Positions 1 to 13,724 of a DNA stretch of 64,000 nucleotides are shown piece by piece. Both the position numbers and the translations under genes were made by a program. Within the stretch, counting starts at the first letter, position 1. Each line of letters begins with the position of its first letter. Below the pieces are notes generated by a model. It did not search any database. It was not told the origin of the DNA and worked only from the letters and a program-made list of their open reading frames with translations. The stretch lies in assembly GCA_965112155.1 (NCBI GenBank), contig OZ218099.1; one strand, 5' to 3'. This DNA comes from Podarcis liolepis (lineage: Eukaryota).

Positions 1-2629
1 TCTCTCTTGGTTCGCATCACGGCAGAGGCCCTGAATGATCGAAACGGCATTGTGCTGCGTTCGACAAGCAGATGCTTGGCCAGACATAGACAAAGGGAAA
101 TATGCAGGTTCCAAATAACGGTCTCATTTGGGGTGGCTTCAGGCTTCCCATCCCTTCCCAGGAGTCTCCTATTTCCCCCCATGTTTTGGCTTATTTCTGT
201 GATTTCAGGACAGTGTTGCTAGCCTTGCGTATTCCTCACTCTTTTCGGAAGCTCCTGTTCTTCCTATCCACCCACTGCGTTGTACTGCTGAGGTATTGGG
301 AAAGATGCAAACATTTACACAAGCCTAGGAAGCTTCTTCACTAAAACAACATCAAAACAAAAGGACGGGAATCTGTCTTCATTGTTTTAAAGAACTTGTT
401 TCCAGTTCTCGTTTTTGTGGAGAAAAAGTGAATTCCAAAGGGTGAATACCCACAATGTTCATTGGGTGGGGAGGCTGAGAGGAGAGTCTTCCTAGAGATA
501 TGGATTTTTACAGTTCTGCCTTTTCCTTCTTCAGGGGTCCTAGAGTGTCCCTGCCCCTGCTCTCCCCTTCTCCCCACCACACACATTGAACTGTACCCTA
601 GAAACCTTTCCTTTCTCCCTTCTTCCATCACCCCAGCCTGCCAATGATGTTTTCCTCCAGGAATCCAGATTTTAGTAAATGAAGCAAATTGGAAAATAAA
701 ATGGAAGTTGATGTGAAATGCATGCTCATTGCAAAACATGACTTCTGCATTTGCTAAAATCTCTGCTGTTATGTGTGATCAGGGCACATTTGCCTCTATT
801 CTCTCTCCCCCCCTACCCCCCCGTCTTCCCCCTAGCTTTGAGACCTGGGTAGACTTGACTTGTGCAAAGGTCCAGACAGGTCAGAAAAAAGAATTCCCAC
901 GTTTGCAATGTCTATGCTTTCTAGCTTTTCACTGCCTAGCTTCTCTGTGTGTGTATATTTCCCCCAGGCAGGTGGGTCTGGGTGCCTGAGCTTCCTGTCC
1001 CAGCCTGGAGCAGATTGGCTGTGGCACTAATCGTACTGCATGAAGGATTACCGGCCACCAGGATTAAAGGATTTCTGTAAAAAGAGCTGAGGAGGAATGG
1101 GGGATGGGATGCTGCAAGAGCTGGGAGGGCATACATGACTGGCTGATGGGGAAAGGAGTGAGGTTGGAAGGTCTTTGGCTGAGGAACCAAGGTACCGTAA
1201 TTTTTGCTCTATAAGACTCACTTTTCCCCTCCTAAAAAGTAAGGGGAAATGTGTGTGCATCTTATGGAGCGAATGCAGGCTGCGCAGCTATCACAGAAGC
1301 CAGAACAGCAAGAGGGATTGCTGTTTTCACTGTGCAGCGATCCCTCTTGCTGTTCTGGCTTCTGAGATTCAAAATATTTTTTTTCTTGTTTTCCTCCTCC
1401 AAAAACTAGGTGCGTCTTGTGGTCTGGTGCGTCTTATAGAGCAAAAAATACGGTACTTGTAGGCCACAGGGGAAATGCATGGCTGCTGCTCTCTAGAGAT
1501 GGAGAAGTCCACTAGTGACCTAACCCAGGGCAGTCCAACCTCTTAGACCAAGTAGAACGCAGGAGTACTTCAACACAGAACCTGGGGGCCGCACACTGAA
1601 TAAAATTTCCATATTGTTAATTAAAGCATTTGTAATATGGCCAATGCGATTTAATATACACAATTAATATATTTTAAGGGTGAGCACTCCTAAACATAAT
1701 GAGACCAGCTCCCAAGTAAGTATGCATTGAATCAGGGCAGGTTGCTAGGCTGTGATCAGTAGGACAGGGTTTCGACTCCATGCAAGCTGACCTGGGATAA
1801 AGCCCTGCTCAGGTCAAAATGCAATAGTGCAAGCCTAATGTGTGCCTATTCACAAGTAAATGCTGTTAATTTCATTGAGACATACTCCCAGGTAAATGCA
1901 GACTGCACAGGGCTGCCGCCTTAAAAAATATACATGGAGGTATTCAGCTGTCTTAATACCACTGCAGGGGAAATAACCTCTCTCACATTAATGCGTTGTT
2001 ATTGCTATAATTTTTTTGTTGTTGCTTATATCCTGGGCAAAGTTAGAGGGGAGGAGGGGGGTGGCTGGCCTGTATGGCCTTGCAGAGGCTGAGGGAGACA
2101 CAAGAAGTGCCTTTGCTGTTTCCGCGTGCCCCTCACAGCAGCAGTGACAAAGCCGGCTACTCGAGCCACACTAAGAAGCACTGTATGTTTTCAAGGGCTG
2201 CATGTTGGACCACCTTGATCTACCCCTTGCATGAACTAAGGACATCTTTTACGCTCCAAGCAGCAGGCATTGAGCTTCCCAGTGGGTGCTTCTCCCGTTT
2301 TTAATTATGCCCCCACCCCACCTCTGAAACTGGAACTGAGCTTAGGGAGCGGAGTGTGCATGCACAAGGTAGAAAAAGAGCGTTTGCAGTATCAGCAGGC
2401 CTGGGAGGGGTTGCACACCCGTCCCTCCCACCACCTTTTCTCTCTCTTGCAAGCCCCTTATCCCCACCTCCACATTCAGGTTATCTCTCCGAAAGTGGCT
2501 TTGGGAATGTGTGTTTGCTGAGATTAACCCCAGTGTAGTTTTCTCATTTTAAATGTCGAGAATGATGCCCCACAAGCCTCCCAGTGGGCCTTTGAACTAT
2601 ACAGTATAGGCATGCTGTTGAGGGTTGTA

Positions 2630-2748
2630 GAATTATTGGGTTGTTCTTGTTTTTAGTTTTTATTATGTATTTCATGTTTTTATATTGTGATTCTATGTTG
2701 TGAAGCCCTGAGACCTGTGGGTATAGGACTGTATACAAATAAAATAAT
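2630..2748 (+). mobile_element. L2 LINE 3' tail fragment
   Basis: T-rich tract, then tgtgaagccctgagacc...gtatacaaataaaataata; similar to the tail at 9330-9402. Confidence 0.5.
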
Positions 2749-3337
2749 AGGTGGGTATGCAGACCTTTTCTGGCACTTGCTAAAAAAGCACATTCCTAGC
2801 AATCCTTTGGCTTTTCAGCTGGTCTCAAACCAGTCTATGCTGTGTATCTGTCACCTTTTGGAAGCCTGTGTCCAGAACACAGGGAGTGGGTCACTTCACC
2901 TGTGGGACTCTCTTGGAGCAAATGCCTGGGCCTCGGTTCTCAAGCTGTAAAATGACAGGGACGAGGGTTGTAGGGTTGCTGGGAGGGGGACTGATGTGCA
3001 CACACAAAAATATGGAACAGGTTTCAAATGCGAATTCTAGTTCTTGAGATGTGCTCTCATTTCCTCAAATGTCTCTTGTTGCCTTGGGAGGAGTGCTTGT
3101 GCTTGTTGAATGGGGTACCTTCTACAACACCTGGGAGTAGTGAGGTCCAGCATCTTATCAAATGTACTGGTCACTGAGGGCGTGCTTTATGGGCTGGATG
3201 CCTAACTGAATGACAACATGGTTCCTATATCCTTGTAGGCAGCGGTCAAATCTCTGTTAAATGAATGAATGTCAGATCTACAAATCTTGAACTAACCTCC
3301 AATCCCTGATAGTTCATTTCATTTCATTTTTTAAACT

Positions 3338-3535
3338 TTATTTATCATGTTTATATTCCCCCCTTTCCTCCAAGGAGCCCAAGGTGGAATACGTAGTTCT
3401 ACTCTCTGTTTTATCTTCTCAACAATCACGTGAGGTTAAGACAAACTGGCCCAAGATCACCCAGTGAGCGTCATGGTTGAATGGGGATTTGAACCCTAGT
3501 CTTCCATATCCTAGTCCAACACACCACTACATCAC
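3338..3535 (-). mobile_element. CORE-type SINE (Squam3/MIR-like), degenerate
   Basis: ccaagatcacccagtgag...ggggatttgaaccc...ctagtccaacac; reverse complement of CORE and tRNA B-box sequence. Confidence 0.65.
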
Positions 3536-3604
3536 ATGGTCTCATTGATTTTTTTAGTCAAGCTATTAAAACATGGGATGGCTTCCCAACTCAGCATGGC
3601 CTTG

Positions 3605-3810
3605 GGCAATGCTGATTATTTGGATCCATTTCAATTTGTCTTCAGACCTGGGTTTGGGACAGAACAGCCTCTGTTTCACCAGTGGATGGCTTCCATTAGG
3701 GAATGGCTTGTGAGTGTGTCCCTGTTGGTTCTTTTGCAGCTCTTAGTGGCTTTCAACATCGATGACCATGGCCTTCTTCTGCGCCATCTTGCTAAGTTGG
3801 GTCTGAGGAG
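3605..3810 (+). mobile_element. Old L2-type RT fragment
   Basis: ORF translation DYLDPFQFVFRPGFGTE...SLLVLLQLLVAFNIDDHGLLL..L..LG aligns with DPFQSGFR...LLDLSAAFD.VDH of the element at 53738. Confidence 0.75.
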
Positions 3811-6800
3811 GGGAGAGTATATGTTAGCACTGGTCCTTTCTGGAAGCTTTCCCACCTAGTTTACCCATTGTATGGCATAGGATGCTAAAAGTTCATATCC
3901 CCCAATGCGTCCTGACCCAAATAAGGCTGCTGTCCCGATTCTTTAATCAGCTGCATATCGAGGAGAAGCTCAGCATACGGAGCTGCTTCTTTCACTGCCA
4001 GGGGCATCGCTTGGTACTTAAAGAACCTGGGAAACAGATCATGATGCAGATTTGCATAAATGTACAGTGTGCCTCTGGGTAAATTAAGATGGCAAGGCTG
4101 TTGCTAGCACTGCACTTAGCTGCACAGTAAGCAAAGTTTGCTTTTTTTTAATTTAAAAAGGAGGCGGAGGAAAGGGGATCTGGGGCACAGCACAAAATTC
4201 GGTTCCCCAAGCGGTGCCCCTGGTCTCTGCTACCCTATAATGGACTTTACGGACCTTGGCGTGCAGCTGTTCAAGGAACAGGAGCCTTATTTGGGGCAGA
4301 GAGGGCTTTTCCCCTGGAGGCATTGCTCTACTCATTTGGCTGGCTTGCAGTAAATGGTCCAGCGGAACAGCTTTGCTTGCTAGCTTCATTCAGCTGAAAC
4401 CAGAAACATTAACTGTTTGCCACCCCCACGCTTCTCTTTTCACTTACCAGGACCATACAGTAACAGGATGGCTTTTCTGTCCTCCTGTTGGATAATAATT
4501 CCCATTGTCTTTCCACCTTACTTTGGATTCAGTTCTGGGGGCACAGCGCTTGCCCCAAAGTCTTGTCATTGCCTAGTTGTGCGCCAGTTCAGAGACTGAA
4601 GCAGCAATGGATCAATATCTGATGTATGAGTGTTTCATTAACTAGAGTGGCCTGCTCTTCTTTTTGTATGTAGAGCTTGTCTGAAAAGAGTTCTTCTCTC
4701 TGCCTACTCATTTGGGGCAGAAGTCATTATGGGGCTCCTTTAGTTCCCCTTCTGAGTCTCAGGCACCGAATACAGTGTGAGAACTGGTAGCTCAGCCTTG
4801 TTAAAGAGCCTTTTGCAACGTTGATACAGCCACCTTTCTTTGAAGTGTCATCTACTGGGCATTTACCCCTTGGCAAATCTCAGCAGCAGATACCACCCTA
4901 CAGTGTTCGTTCATTTTAATAGGTTTGTATCCTGATTCTTCCTTCCCAAGGGCCTTAGTTTGCCTACCCATGGTTTAAAGCATACAACATTTTGTAAACT
5001 ATTGGATGAGGGATGGGCTTTTCTGGAGTCGCTTATGCCAAGGGAAGTGCCAACCTTTCATGGGTATTCTCTTCTCTGATTCTGCCTCTTCTGTTGATTG
5101 ATCTGGCTTATACCTCTCCTGAGCACCTCCCTCTTCTCTCTCTGCTGCTTGCTATCATGGAGAGATCTTTTTTCTCAGAAACGATGGCTCATTTTTTCAC
5201 AAACGGGGAGTTGCCTCTGCGTGTGTAAAAAAAAAAAATCACACCTATTTTACTTTGGGTGCTGGTTGTCAGGGTCTTGAACCCTATTAGTTTGTGGGCC
5301 AATTATTTTGCTTTGCTCTACTGTGGGTAAGAAGCAATAGAACTGGAGCCACATGCTAAGGGAATTACTTGTTTTGTTTTGTTCCTGTGCTAATAGATCC
5401 TAAAGCTTATCAAACTATTATGAAATGGGATTTCCGTAAACTTTCACTTTCCAGCAGTCTAGCATTTAGCTGCCAGAAGGAACATTATGTTGAACTTTCG
5501 ATAGATGAGAAAGCTAGAGTCGTGTGTTTCCAGAAGTACTAGGGAGAACTTCCAGAGGGATAGATGTAATACATAAAAAACCCAAGAGTCGTCTGGCACC
5601 TTAAAGACTAATTGGAGGAGGGCATTCTCCCCCTTTTTGATGCACCTTACAGGCAAACAAACTTTGTTAAGATATGTTTTTATGGGCTTCATCAGATGCT
5701 TGGAGAGCGATCCTTGGTTGTTGAGTATATTCACTTATGAGTTTAAAGACAGGAAACGTAAATTTGAAATTAAATGGTAATATAATGCAGTCTGTGATAA
5801 TTCAGTTAGATATTAAATTTGCAGCAGCCGTAATTGATAATCTTAGTGTTGTTGATTAAATTAACACCTGTGGAGGGAGAGGAAATCATTGTTTCCATTT
5901 GTTGCCCCCCTCCGGGAAACCCATGTCCTCACTGTGGAAAGATGTGTGGATCCAGAATTGGCCTCCACAGTCACTTATGGACTCATTGTTAAGACTGTGT
6001 TCATGGAAGACCATTTTACTCAGCTACGAGTGATCGCTGAAGAAGATGATTTTTATATGAGCAATTCCAGGTGATTAGGAGATCCAGAAAAAGAATAGTG
6101 AGGTTGAGTTTTAGTGGAAACGTATCAGATGAATATGGAAGCTTTTCTGTGTTCTCCTTTTTAAGACAGGGGACCCATGCTGTTAGCTGTCTAATGTAAC
6201 CTTGTTCTTGAAGCGTTTGGCAGACAGCGCTAGCACCTGTGCACTTTCTTGCTGCCATGTCCTCCGCAGCTGGGATGTGCACCTGTGCTTGTGGAGATAA
6301 GCTTGCCAGTTCCCCTTGCGCCTTGTTTCAGCTGCTGTTCAGCTTGGTGCTGCAGGGATTCTGGCCCCATTGAAGAAGCTCTTTACGAGTCTCTTGAGAC
6401 ATAGGGGAGCCAGTTGTGGAATCAGAAGAAAAAACACAAGGATGTAATTAATCCTGTTTGCTGGACTGTCTGTTTCATTCTCCATGAGTTCTCACAGAAG
6501 AAATTGCACACTTATCACCTAACTGGCCTTTTATGGATTCCCCATTAGTCAGGCTCGCCACACTCCTGCCAATCTTTCCTCTGAAACTCTGGCCATCTCA
6601 GGTTTCCCTGTGTCTTCCAGAAACAGAGTCATGTCTCTTGCCTGCTCCGCAGGTTCCAAGTAGGGCTCCCAGTTCTCGACAAGAGTGCTAATCTGATATT
6701 GCTTTGCACATCCTAGGAGAAGCAGCAATAGCACCACCTTTGCCAGTGAGACTTCTCTTGCCCTGTGCAGCTGATTAGATTGGATTAGAAGTTCAAGGTG

Positions 6801-7559
6801 GACTGGAATGTGTTTCAACTTGAGGCTTGCGCCAGACAAGTTTTCTCTGTGACTGTGTAATAAGAGATGCAAGGAAGAAGAGTTCAAACTGAGTTTATTT
6901 GCAGAAGCACAAAAAGGATGGACCTCTTTGCAGCTTTTTGTGTCTCACCATAACCACCAGCGCAGGATAAAACACGATCTATTTTAAGACAAAAATAGTT
7001 TTGTGGAAAGCATAATGCTGTGTCAATTCTGTGACACATCAGACATTGTTTGTACTCCCTTGTGCAGACAGCAGACATGGTTTGGATTTTATGCATTACT
7101 TTTAATACATCGCCATAACTTGTTCTGTAAACTTTTGGCTTCATACTGTGTTAAAGAAACTGACTTTTAAAAAGCATGTAGAAGGGGCTGATGTGCTGCT
7201 TTGGGGACAGGTGTGTAAACCAGGCTTGTCATGATCCCCAGCAAATTAAAAGACAGCAAGTAGCCCTGTCGAAGGGAAATAGCCAGTCACTGTCTGTCTT
7301 GTCCAAGTTTGTGAGGCTGACCTTTCTGTTCTCATGGGGGCTAAAAACCTTTTAAGAGAACAGCTGAGAATTCACCAGCAGTTGCCAGGGCCTCACAGCA
7401 GCAACCAGTCTCAGCCTTTTTTGCTTTTGAAACCTTTGTAATTGGGATCCAACTGGCCAGTGCCTTCCTGCTCAGGTGGAACCAGCTTCGGAGAAAAGGG
7501 TCTTACACCTAGAGAAGTGGTCTTGAACTGCACCTACCAGCAAGATCCACATGGTGCTG

Positions 7560-8263
7560 CTCCCGATCCTCCTTTTTCTAGCGGGCCGGGAATCGCGCCG
7601 ACTCCTTACTCTGCAACTCTTACCCTGCTGCTTCCTTGCACTTTCCATGCACATCTATGCACACATGCGTCTTTGGCACCTGCATGCGTTACATTTTCGT
7701 GCACCTTCCTTTTATGTGCTGGCCGTTGCATAGCAACCACTGGCTCACAAGATGCTTAGAGCCGTAATAATGCAGCCGGATAAAACCGACCTAAAAATAC
7801 CCCTTGCCCAAACCTCTCCTGGGCAGCTGGGAGGAGTGGCCGGGGAGGAGCCAGGGGGGGCACCTTGGAAAAAGTTCCCAAACTGAATTGCCCTCTAAGT
7901 GGCTTTGTGCGTCTCTCGTCAGCTGTCCAGCGCAGCGGGAACAGTAACAATTTCCTGGCAGGGAGCTGAGATTGGCTGGACTCGGTGTGTGGGAGTCTCT
8001 GCTGCTCCTTCTGCTCCAGCCGGACTGGGGATCCCTCTCCTGCTGTGTCTCTTCCCTCCCCGCCCCCTTGCACTGTCTGGAAGAGGGGGGAAGTGGAGGC
8101 TGCTGCTTGGGAAGCCATTTGGTGTTGAGAAAGTGGGCACCCTGATGTTCCGGCCTCTGCACCCCACCTTGTGCCTGGCTCTGACCTGCTAGGCCTTTCT
8201 CACCTGCCCAAGGGCAGCACCCCTTGCCCAGTCTTGAGAGGGCGTTGCCTCAAGGGCATCATC
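7560..8263 (+). promoter_or_regulatory. GC-rich putative promoter/5' UTR region for first exon A
   Basis: Locally raised GC and CpG content (gcgggccgggaatcgcgccg, ccccgccccc GC box near 8058) directly upstream of the candidate first exon. Confidence 0.4.
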
Positions 8264-8342
8264 ATGGGCACTGTCAGCGAGCTCTGTGCCTCCAGTTTCC
8301 AAGCCTTCCTCTTCCCCTCCACCTTGGTAGCCACCAAGCCAG
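8264..8342 (+). CDS. CYTH1: CYTH1 alternative first coding exon A (MGTVSELCASSFQAFLFPSTLVATKP)
   Basis: atcATGg start at 8264; 26 codons + 1 nt, then donor CAG|gtaggt. Phase 1 joins in frame to exon 2 (G|TG = Val of VPSDL). I recall MGTVSELC-type N-termini in non-mammalian cytohesin-1 isoforms. Confidence 0.75.
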
Positions 8343-8929
8343 GTAGGTGCTTTATATTTTGCCTCTCCTCTCTATGTCCAGGAGTGTCTTGTGCTGATGC
8401 TGGGAGAAATGAGGTGCCAGAAGTTGGGGTGTGTGCAGTATGTATATTGTCTGTGGTGGGGCCAGGATTAGTCATCCTCTCCTATGCCCTGTCCCTTGCA
8501 AGCGAAGCCACAACAGGCATATTGCACTGGTGTCCCTCTAAGTGAAGGCTGCTGGTGAAAGGAGCAGGGGCCACAGCTTCAGTGCCTTTAGCTATGATGT
8601 TGCTTTCCTCTTGCTGAGATTTGGTGCACCGTCGTTCAGCCAAAGTGCAACCTTATCCGCTGAAGCTCAAAAAAAACACACAGGTGACTGAATTGCTTTG
8701 GAATGAGGAGCTTGGAAGAATCCATCCTGCTGATTCCTTGGCTCAGGAACCAGTCTAACCTCTGTTGTACGGGTGGAAGAAAGAGGTGGCAATTGGTTCA
8801 CAGCCTTGTGTTTGGTTACAATAAGGCTGAACCCAGTTCTGTGTTTTGATCCCCTTGGCAATCTGTATTTGAATCTGAGTATGTGAGGAAACAAACTCCA
8901 GTCCATTTCACAGGCAACCTGCTCTGCTA

Positions 8930-9450
8930 GTTGTAAAATCATAGGATTGTGGAATTGGAAGGGACAATGAGGACCATCTAGTCCAACCCCCTGAAATGTG
9001 ATACCTCAAGGACTGGCTCTCTCCATGTGAACCTACCCAAACCCTGAGATCATCCTCTGGGGCCCTACAAGTGGTCCGGGGGGGGGGTCTCAACATGAGA
9101 ACGGGCCTTTTCTGTAGTGGCTCCCCATTTGTGGAATGCTCTCCCTAGGGAGGTTTGCCTGGTGCCTTCATTATGTACCTGTAGACGCCAGGCAAAAATG
9201 TTCTTCTTTAACCAGGCCTTTGGCTGATTATACCCTTTTAAATGTGTTTGTGGGAAGAGGTGAAGGGAGGAGGGTTTTAGTCGTTTTCTTCTTCTATTTA
9301 TTATGTATTTTGTGTTTTTATCTTGTATTTTTATGTTGTAAACCATCCTGTGATCTACGGATGAAGGGTGGTATACAGATTTAATAAATAAATTAAAATA
9401 AACATTTTGCCCAACATGGGCCACAACCCTGAATTTAAGAGTCCCTACTC
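8930..9450 (-). mobile_element. tRNA-Lys/CR1-tail SINE interrupted by a + strand L2 3' fragment (about 9000-9402)
   Basis: CR1-type tail (ggaagggac...catctagtccaaccccctg) at 8935-8998 and tRNA head (tttgcccaacatggg...taagagtc) at 9405-9450 flank L2 sequence (gggccttttctgtagtggctcccc...tggaatgctctccc). Confidence 0.65.
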
Positions 9451-9705
9451 ATGGAGATGTTGTCCCGGTGTTTGTATATTTTCTGAAAGAGTCACTTGTG
9501 CTGACTTTATACATGTTGAGGTGTGTGTGTTTTCCACATGTTCTTGTGAAGATTTTTTTTTATTATCTGAAGTAGGTTTTCTAAAGTGTGTGAGAGCAGA
9601 TCATTGTTTTGCTGATGCCTAGCAATGGGGTTGTGGCTGTGACCTCTTTTTGACCTCCTTAGAGGAAGAGCATATGCTGTAGTTGTCCTACTTGTTGAAG
9701 TTGCA

Positions 9706-9875
9706 TTTATATCCCGCCCTTCCTCAAGGTGGTTTACGTGGTTCATTTTCCCCTCTCTAGTTTATCCTTACAATAACCCTGTGAGGTAGGACAGACTGTA
9801 ACCCAAGGTCATCCAGCAAACTTCATAGCCGAGTTGGGATTTGAACCCCGGTCCCCAGCTCTAACCACTGCATCA
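9706..9875 (-). mobile_element. CORE-type SINE (Squam3-like)
   Basis: tttatatcccgccc...ccctgtgaggtagg...cccaaggtcatccag...gggatttgaaccc. Confidence 0.7.
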
Positions 9876-10711
9876 CCTGTAATGGGTCACAAACTCTGGA
9901 CTGCCGTTTGGTGTCTGCCTTGTGGAGTATGATGAATGGAAAGGACTGTGTTACACAAAGGCGGCTGCTGAGGCCTTAGGCCAATTCCATTCTCAACCCC
10001 ATTTTCACATTAAAAAACACACACCCTATGAGCTGCCTTACTGGAGGAAGAACCTGACTAAGGCAGCTTACAGTAAAATCTGTTCCATACAGTAAAATAG
10101 CAAAACAAACTGAACAGAGCCAGCAGCAAAATCGGGTAACCCTGGGAGGGGTTTTGAGGGAGGGGTGCGTTTCTAGACCTGCATACTGAATGCAACAGTC
10201 ATGCAACTGTTAAGCCAACTACAGTTTTCACCAGTATGGAAAACTGACAATGGGCAAAATTTCACCTGTGGAATGAATGTCTGCCCGTTGCACAGAGCCT
10301 CTACTAAAGAAAGATTAGCAAGCTTACTATGTATGGGCACTTGATGAGACGGGCTTGTTTTCTGTCTCTTCTTCCTTGCTGTGTGACAACAGGATGGGTG
10401 GAGGGTACTGATTTGTCTGATGAGGGTTTGTGGTTTTAGGTTGGCGGGGAGTCTGGCAGGCCAGATAGAATGATCCAGGATTAAAGCTACTTCACAGTAT
10501 GAGACTGTTGGTTCAGGTACAGAGAGAATATAGCAGCCTTAGCACTGAAGCCTGTAACATTGAGTTCTCCAGTTCATTGGCTCAGCCCCAGGTTCTGTTA
10601 TTCCTTGCATTCTGGTATTGAAAGTTTTGCTGTAGAGTTCTTGGACCCAGGGCTTAGTTCTTGTGAGTTCAGTCTAGGGACCTGCAGCTGTAAAGGACAA
10701 CTAATAGAGTA

Positions 10712-10953
10712 CAGTGGTACCTCGGGTTAAGTACTTAATTCGTTCCGGAGGTCTGTTCTTAACCTGAAACTGTTCTTAACCTGAAGCACCACTTTAGCTA
10801 ATGGGGCCTCCTGCTGCCACTGTGCCGCCAGAGCACGATTTCTGTTCTCATCCTGAAGCAAAGTTCTTAACCCGAGGTACTATTTCTGGTTTAGCGGAGT
10901 CTGTAACCTGAAGCGTATGTAAACTGAATCGTATGTAACCCGAGGTACCACTG
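10712..10953. mobile_element. Tc1/mariner (Tigger/pogo-like) MITE, 242 bp
   Basis: Perfect 18-bp TIR CAGTGGTACCTCGGGTTA / TAACCCGAGGTACCACTG with TA target duplications at 10710-10711 and 10954-10955. Confidence 0.92.
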
Positions 10954-13251
10954 TATCTGGTATCTTCCCAACAATTTTCAGAACCTGATTTTCCCCTTTT
11001 AAAAAGAGAACAAGTTTCTGCCCCCTAGTATTTATGAAAGGCAGTGTGAATACATGGATGGATTTTTCATAAAACCTAGCCAGGGAATATGGCTGTTTCA
11101 GACCTTTCCCATCACCCCAGTCCTTGTTATTTCTTGGGTCAACAAATCTCGTTTCGCTGTTTCCCTTGTTCAGTCTGACATAGGGTTGGTACACTGGTCA
11201 GTGGATTGCCTATTTATTTGACCATTGTCATATATGTTTGAATATTCCATGAAGGCAAGAATACCACTGCTTAGGTGGCAGATTTGCATTTTATTTCATT
11301 ATGGGTTTCACTTCTTGATGAGGACTGCTTACCTCAGTAGTGGTCAAAGGCAAGCCTAGCAACATAGAAAACATTTTCCTACCAACCCCCTGCTACAATT
11401 GCAGCTATCTCCAAACAGGAATGCAAGTTGTTTTCATTGGCAAAGTTTGTTATTTTAATTGCATTGTAAAACAGAACAAGCAGCAATTGTAAGCTGACCC
11501 TGGAGTTTTAGGATAAAAAACGAAGAATAATTTTTCATTGACTTGTTCACATGTATAGAAACCATACTTTGCATTAATTCATTAGCAGCCTAACATTTTG
11601 GGGGTGGGAAGTTCAAAAACACATAGTCAAAAATCCTTGGTAGTCTACTGCATGTCACTTAGACGTACCAGTAGATCTCAGTTTAGCTTCTGTCTAGTAC
11701 TGCTCCAGATGTTGTCCACCTGCAACTTCCAGCAGACCCAGGCAACATGGCAGTGGTCGGGAATGATGGGAGTTGCAGTCCAGCATTGTCTGGATGGGCA
11801 TCATGTTTATTCTGGCCTCAGAACTTGGGGTTTAGGTTAAAGATTTTGAGGCTTATTTTTTAGCAAAACAAACCAAGGTGAAATCGCTTGGTCTAGAAGA
11901 TACCATATGTAGGTGTGCAGAACAGGGTGTTAATTCCTGTTGCTTCACAGTGAATTTCCTAAAATACAAAATGTGGAAAGTGAAATCGCATACTAGACTA
12001 GTGACTAAAGCATGGTGGGTGAGCTTGTAAAGCCATGCAGAACTCTACAGGTGAGGAAGACAGCTAAATTGTGGAGGGCAGAAAGCTTGGGGTCTAGTTC
12101 CCTTTTTCTTCTTCTGCCTTATGAAGTATCCTGTGCGAAAAGGCATACACCTCCACTCCCACAAAAAGATAGATCCATTCTTCTTAGGCATTCTTTTGTA
12201 GGACCAAAGTATCAACAGCTGCTTGAATTTCTACCATGCAGCCTGGCAGTAGGATAGATATTGCAGAGTAATGGCTGGCAGCCTGCAAGCTCTTGCCAAA
12301 CTGGGAGAGGAATTCTGCCATCGCCCAGTGGCTTACAAACAGGGCACAGCTGCAGTTTGTCATGAAGTATGTGAGGGGGAACCCAAGGGGCTGGTTGTGT
12401 TGTTCTCCCCACCTCTTCAGACGTTGGGGAGAGCCGTTTCCCATATGGCTGCTAGCTCCATCCCCAACAGTCAAACAGAAGGGGATTCTGCCTTGGCAGG
12501 AGGTGGGAGGGGGAAACGGAAGCCAGATGGTGTCCATGGAAACGAGGCCTGTACTCTGCACAGCCAGGTGGCTCCAGGCAAAGCATGGCTGGGGCTGTTG
12601 TTATGCCTCAGCTGTGAGTGAAGAGGAGTGGGGTGATGGGCCCTGTGTGTGTCTGCCTCTTAAAAGTGAGGAATTGGTTGCACTTCTGCAAAAATAATGG
12701 GCCTGGCAGACTTAGAAATGGAGCCCCTTTCCTGGCAGCACTGAAGTCTTACCGTATCTGATGCAGCAATGAGAGGCGACTGTCATTAGGAAAACAGGAT
12801 GTGGTCGCAAAAGCAGCTGAGAGCAGGAACTTCTTGTGGTGCCTTGAACCCGTTTGTGCCTGGCAACTTGGAGGAGACAGGCAAAAGTTTGTTGGCAGCC
12901 GGATCTTGTCAGACGCTATTTAAACTAGAGGAGCACTCCAAAGTTTCTTAATCTAGAAACAACTTTACAAAAGCCATTGTACCCTCTCTCCCTAGCTAGA
13001 CCAGGTCTTTCAGCTCAAATGCCACATTCCCTCAGGGGCAGGCTGCATGCTGGTAGTAGGCAGGAACAGAGGCGGATGTGGGCATCTCCAGAGGCAAAGC
13101 TGGGTAGGGCTGTGGATGTGAATTTTCCCTTTGTATGGGACTCCGCGCTAAAGCCGGAGGTTTTTATGCACAGGTATCTCTGGCCATGCTAGTATTACCA
13201 CAGTGGAGGACAGCTTCCAGTCAGGCAAAACCACTCCAGGCTGATGTAGAG

Positions 13252-13588
13252 CAGGGGTCCCAAACTGTGACCTTTGAATCACTGGTGGTCCGTGAGCTTC
13301 ATCCAAGTGGTCTGCAGCATTTCTGTGGATATGTGGTTGAAGATGGCAGGTGGCAAGTCCAACGCGTTAAATACTCCTATTGATTTTTAACAGCTTTTTT
13401 ATTGCTCCTTTTATTATAATATTGTATTTTATTGCATTGCAATTTGAATTCTATGAAATGCAGTAAAATACAGTGTGTAAGAAATAAAAGAAGCACTAGA
13501 AATACAATTGCTACAGCAGGCAGGAAAGTCAGTAAGTGGGCCACCAAGACCCCCGTATCCTGTGTGGGATATAAATAGGGAACCACTG
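13252..13588 (+). mobile_element. hAT-type non-autonomous element, family A
   Basis: caggggtcccaaact...gggaaccactg ends, AT-rich core, degenerate 8-bp flanks atgtagag/ctgcagag; related copies at 14984, about 21190 and 35408. Confidence 0.7.
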
Positions 13589-13724
13589 CTGCAGAGTGTG
13601 GCCAGTGACGTGTGTGGTCTGGGAGAAACCTGATGAGGGATGGATAAAGAGGCCCAGAAAGCCACATTTGTCCCCCTCCACCGTGGACTGAAATACCCCT
13701 ACCCTTCCTCTAGGCATACAGATT

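Noticed and set aside
6003-6074. MEDHFTQLRVIAEEDDFYMSNSR resembles the canonical MEEDDSY N-terminus
   Set aside because: The only nearby donor (CAG|gtgatt) is phase 2, incompatible with exon 2; the similarity is probably chance
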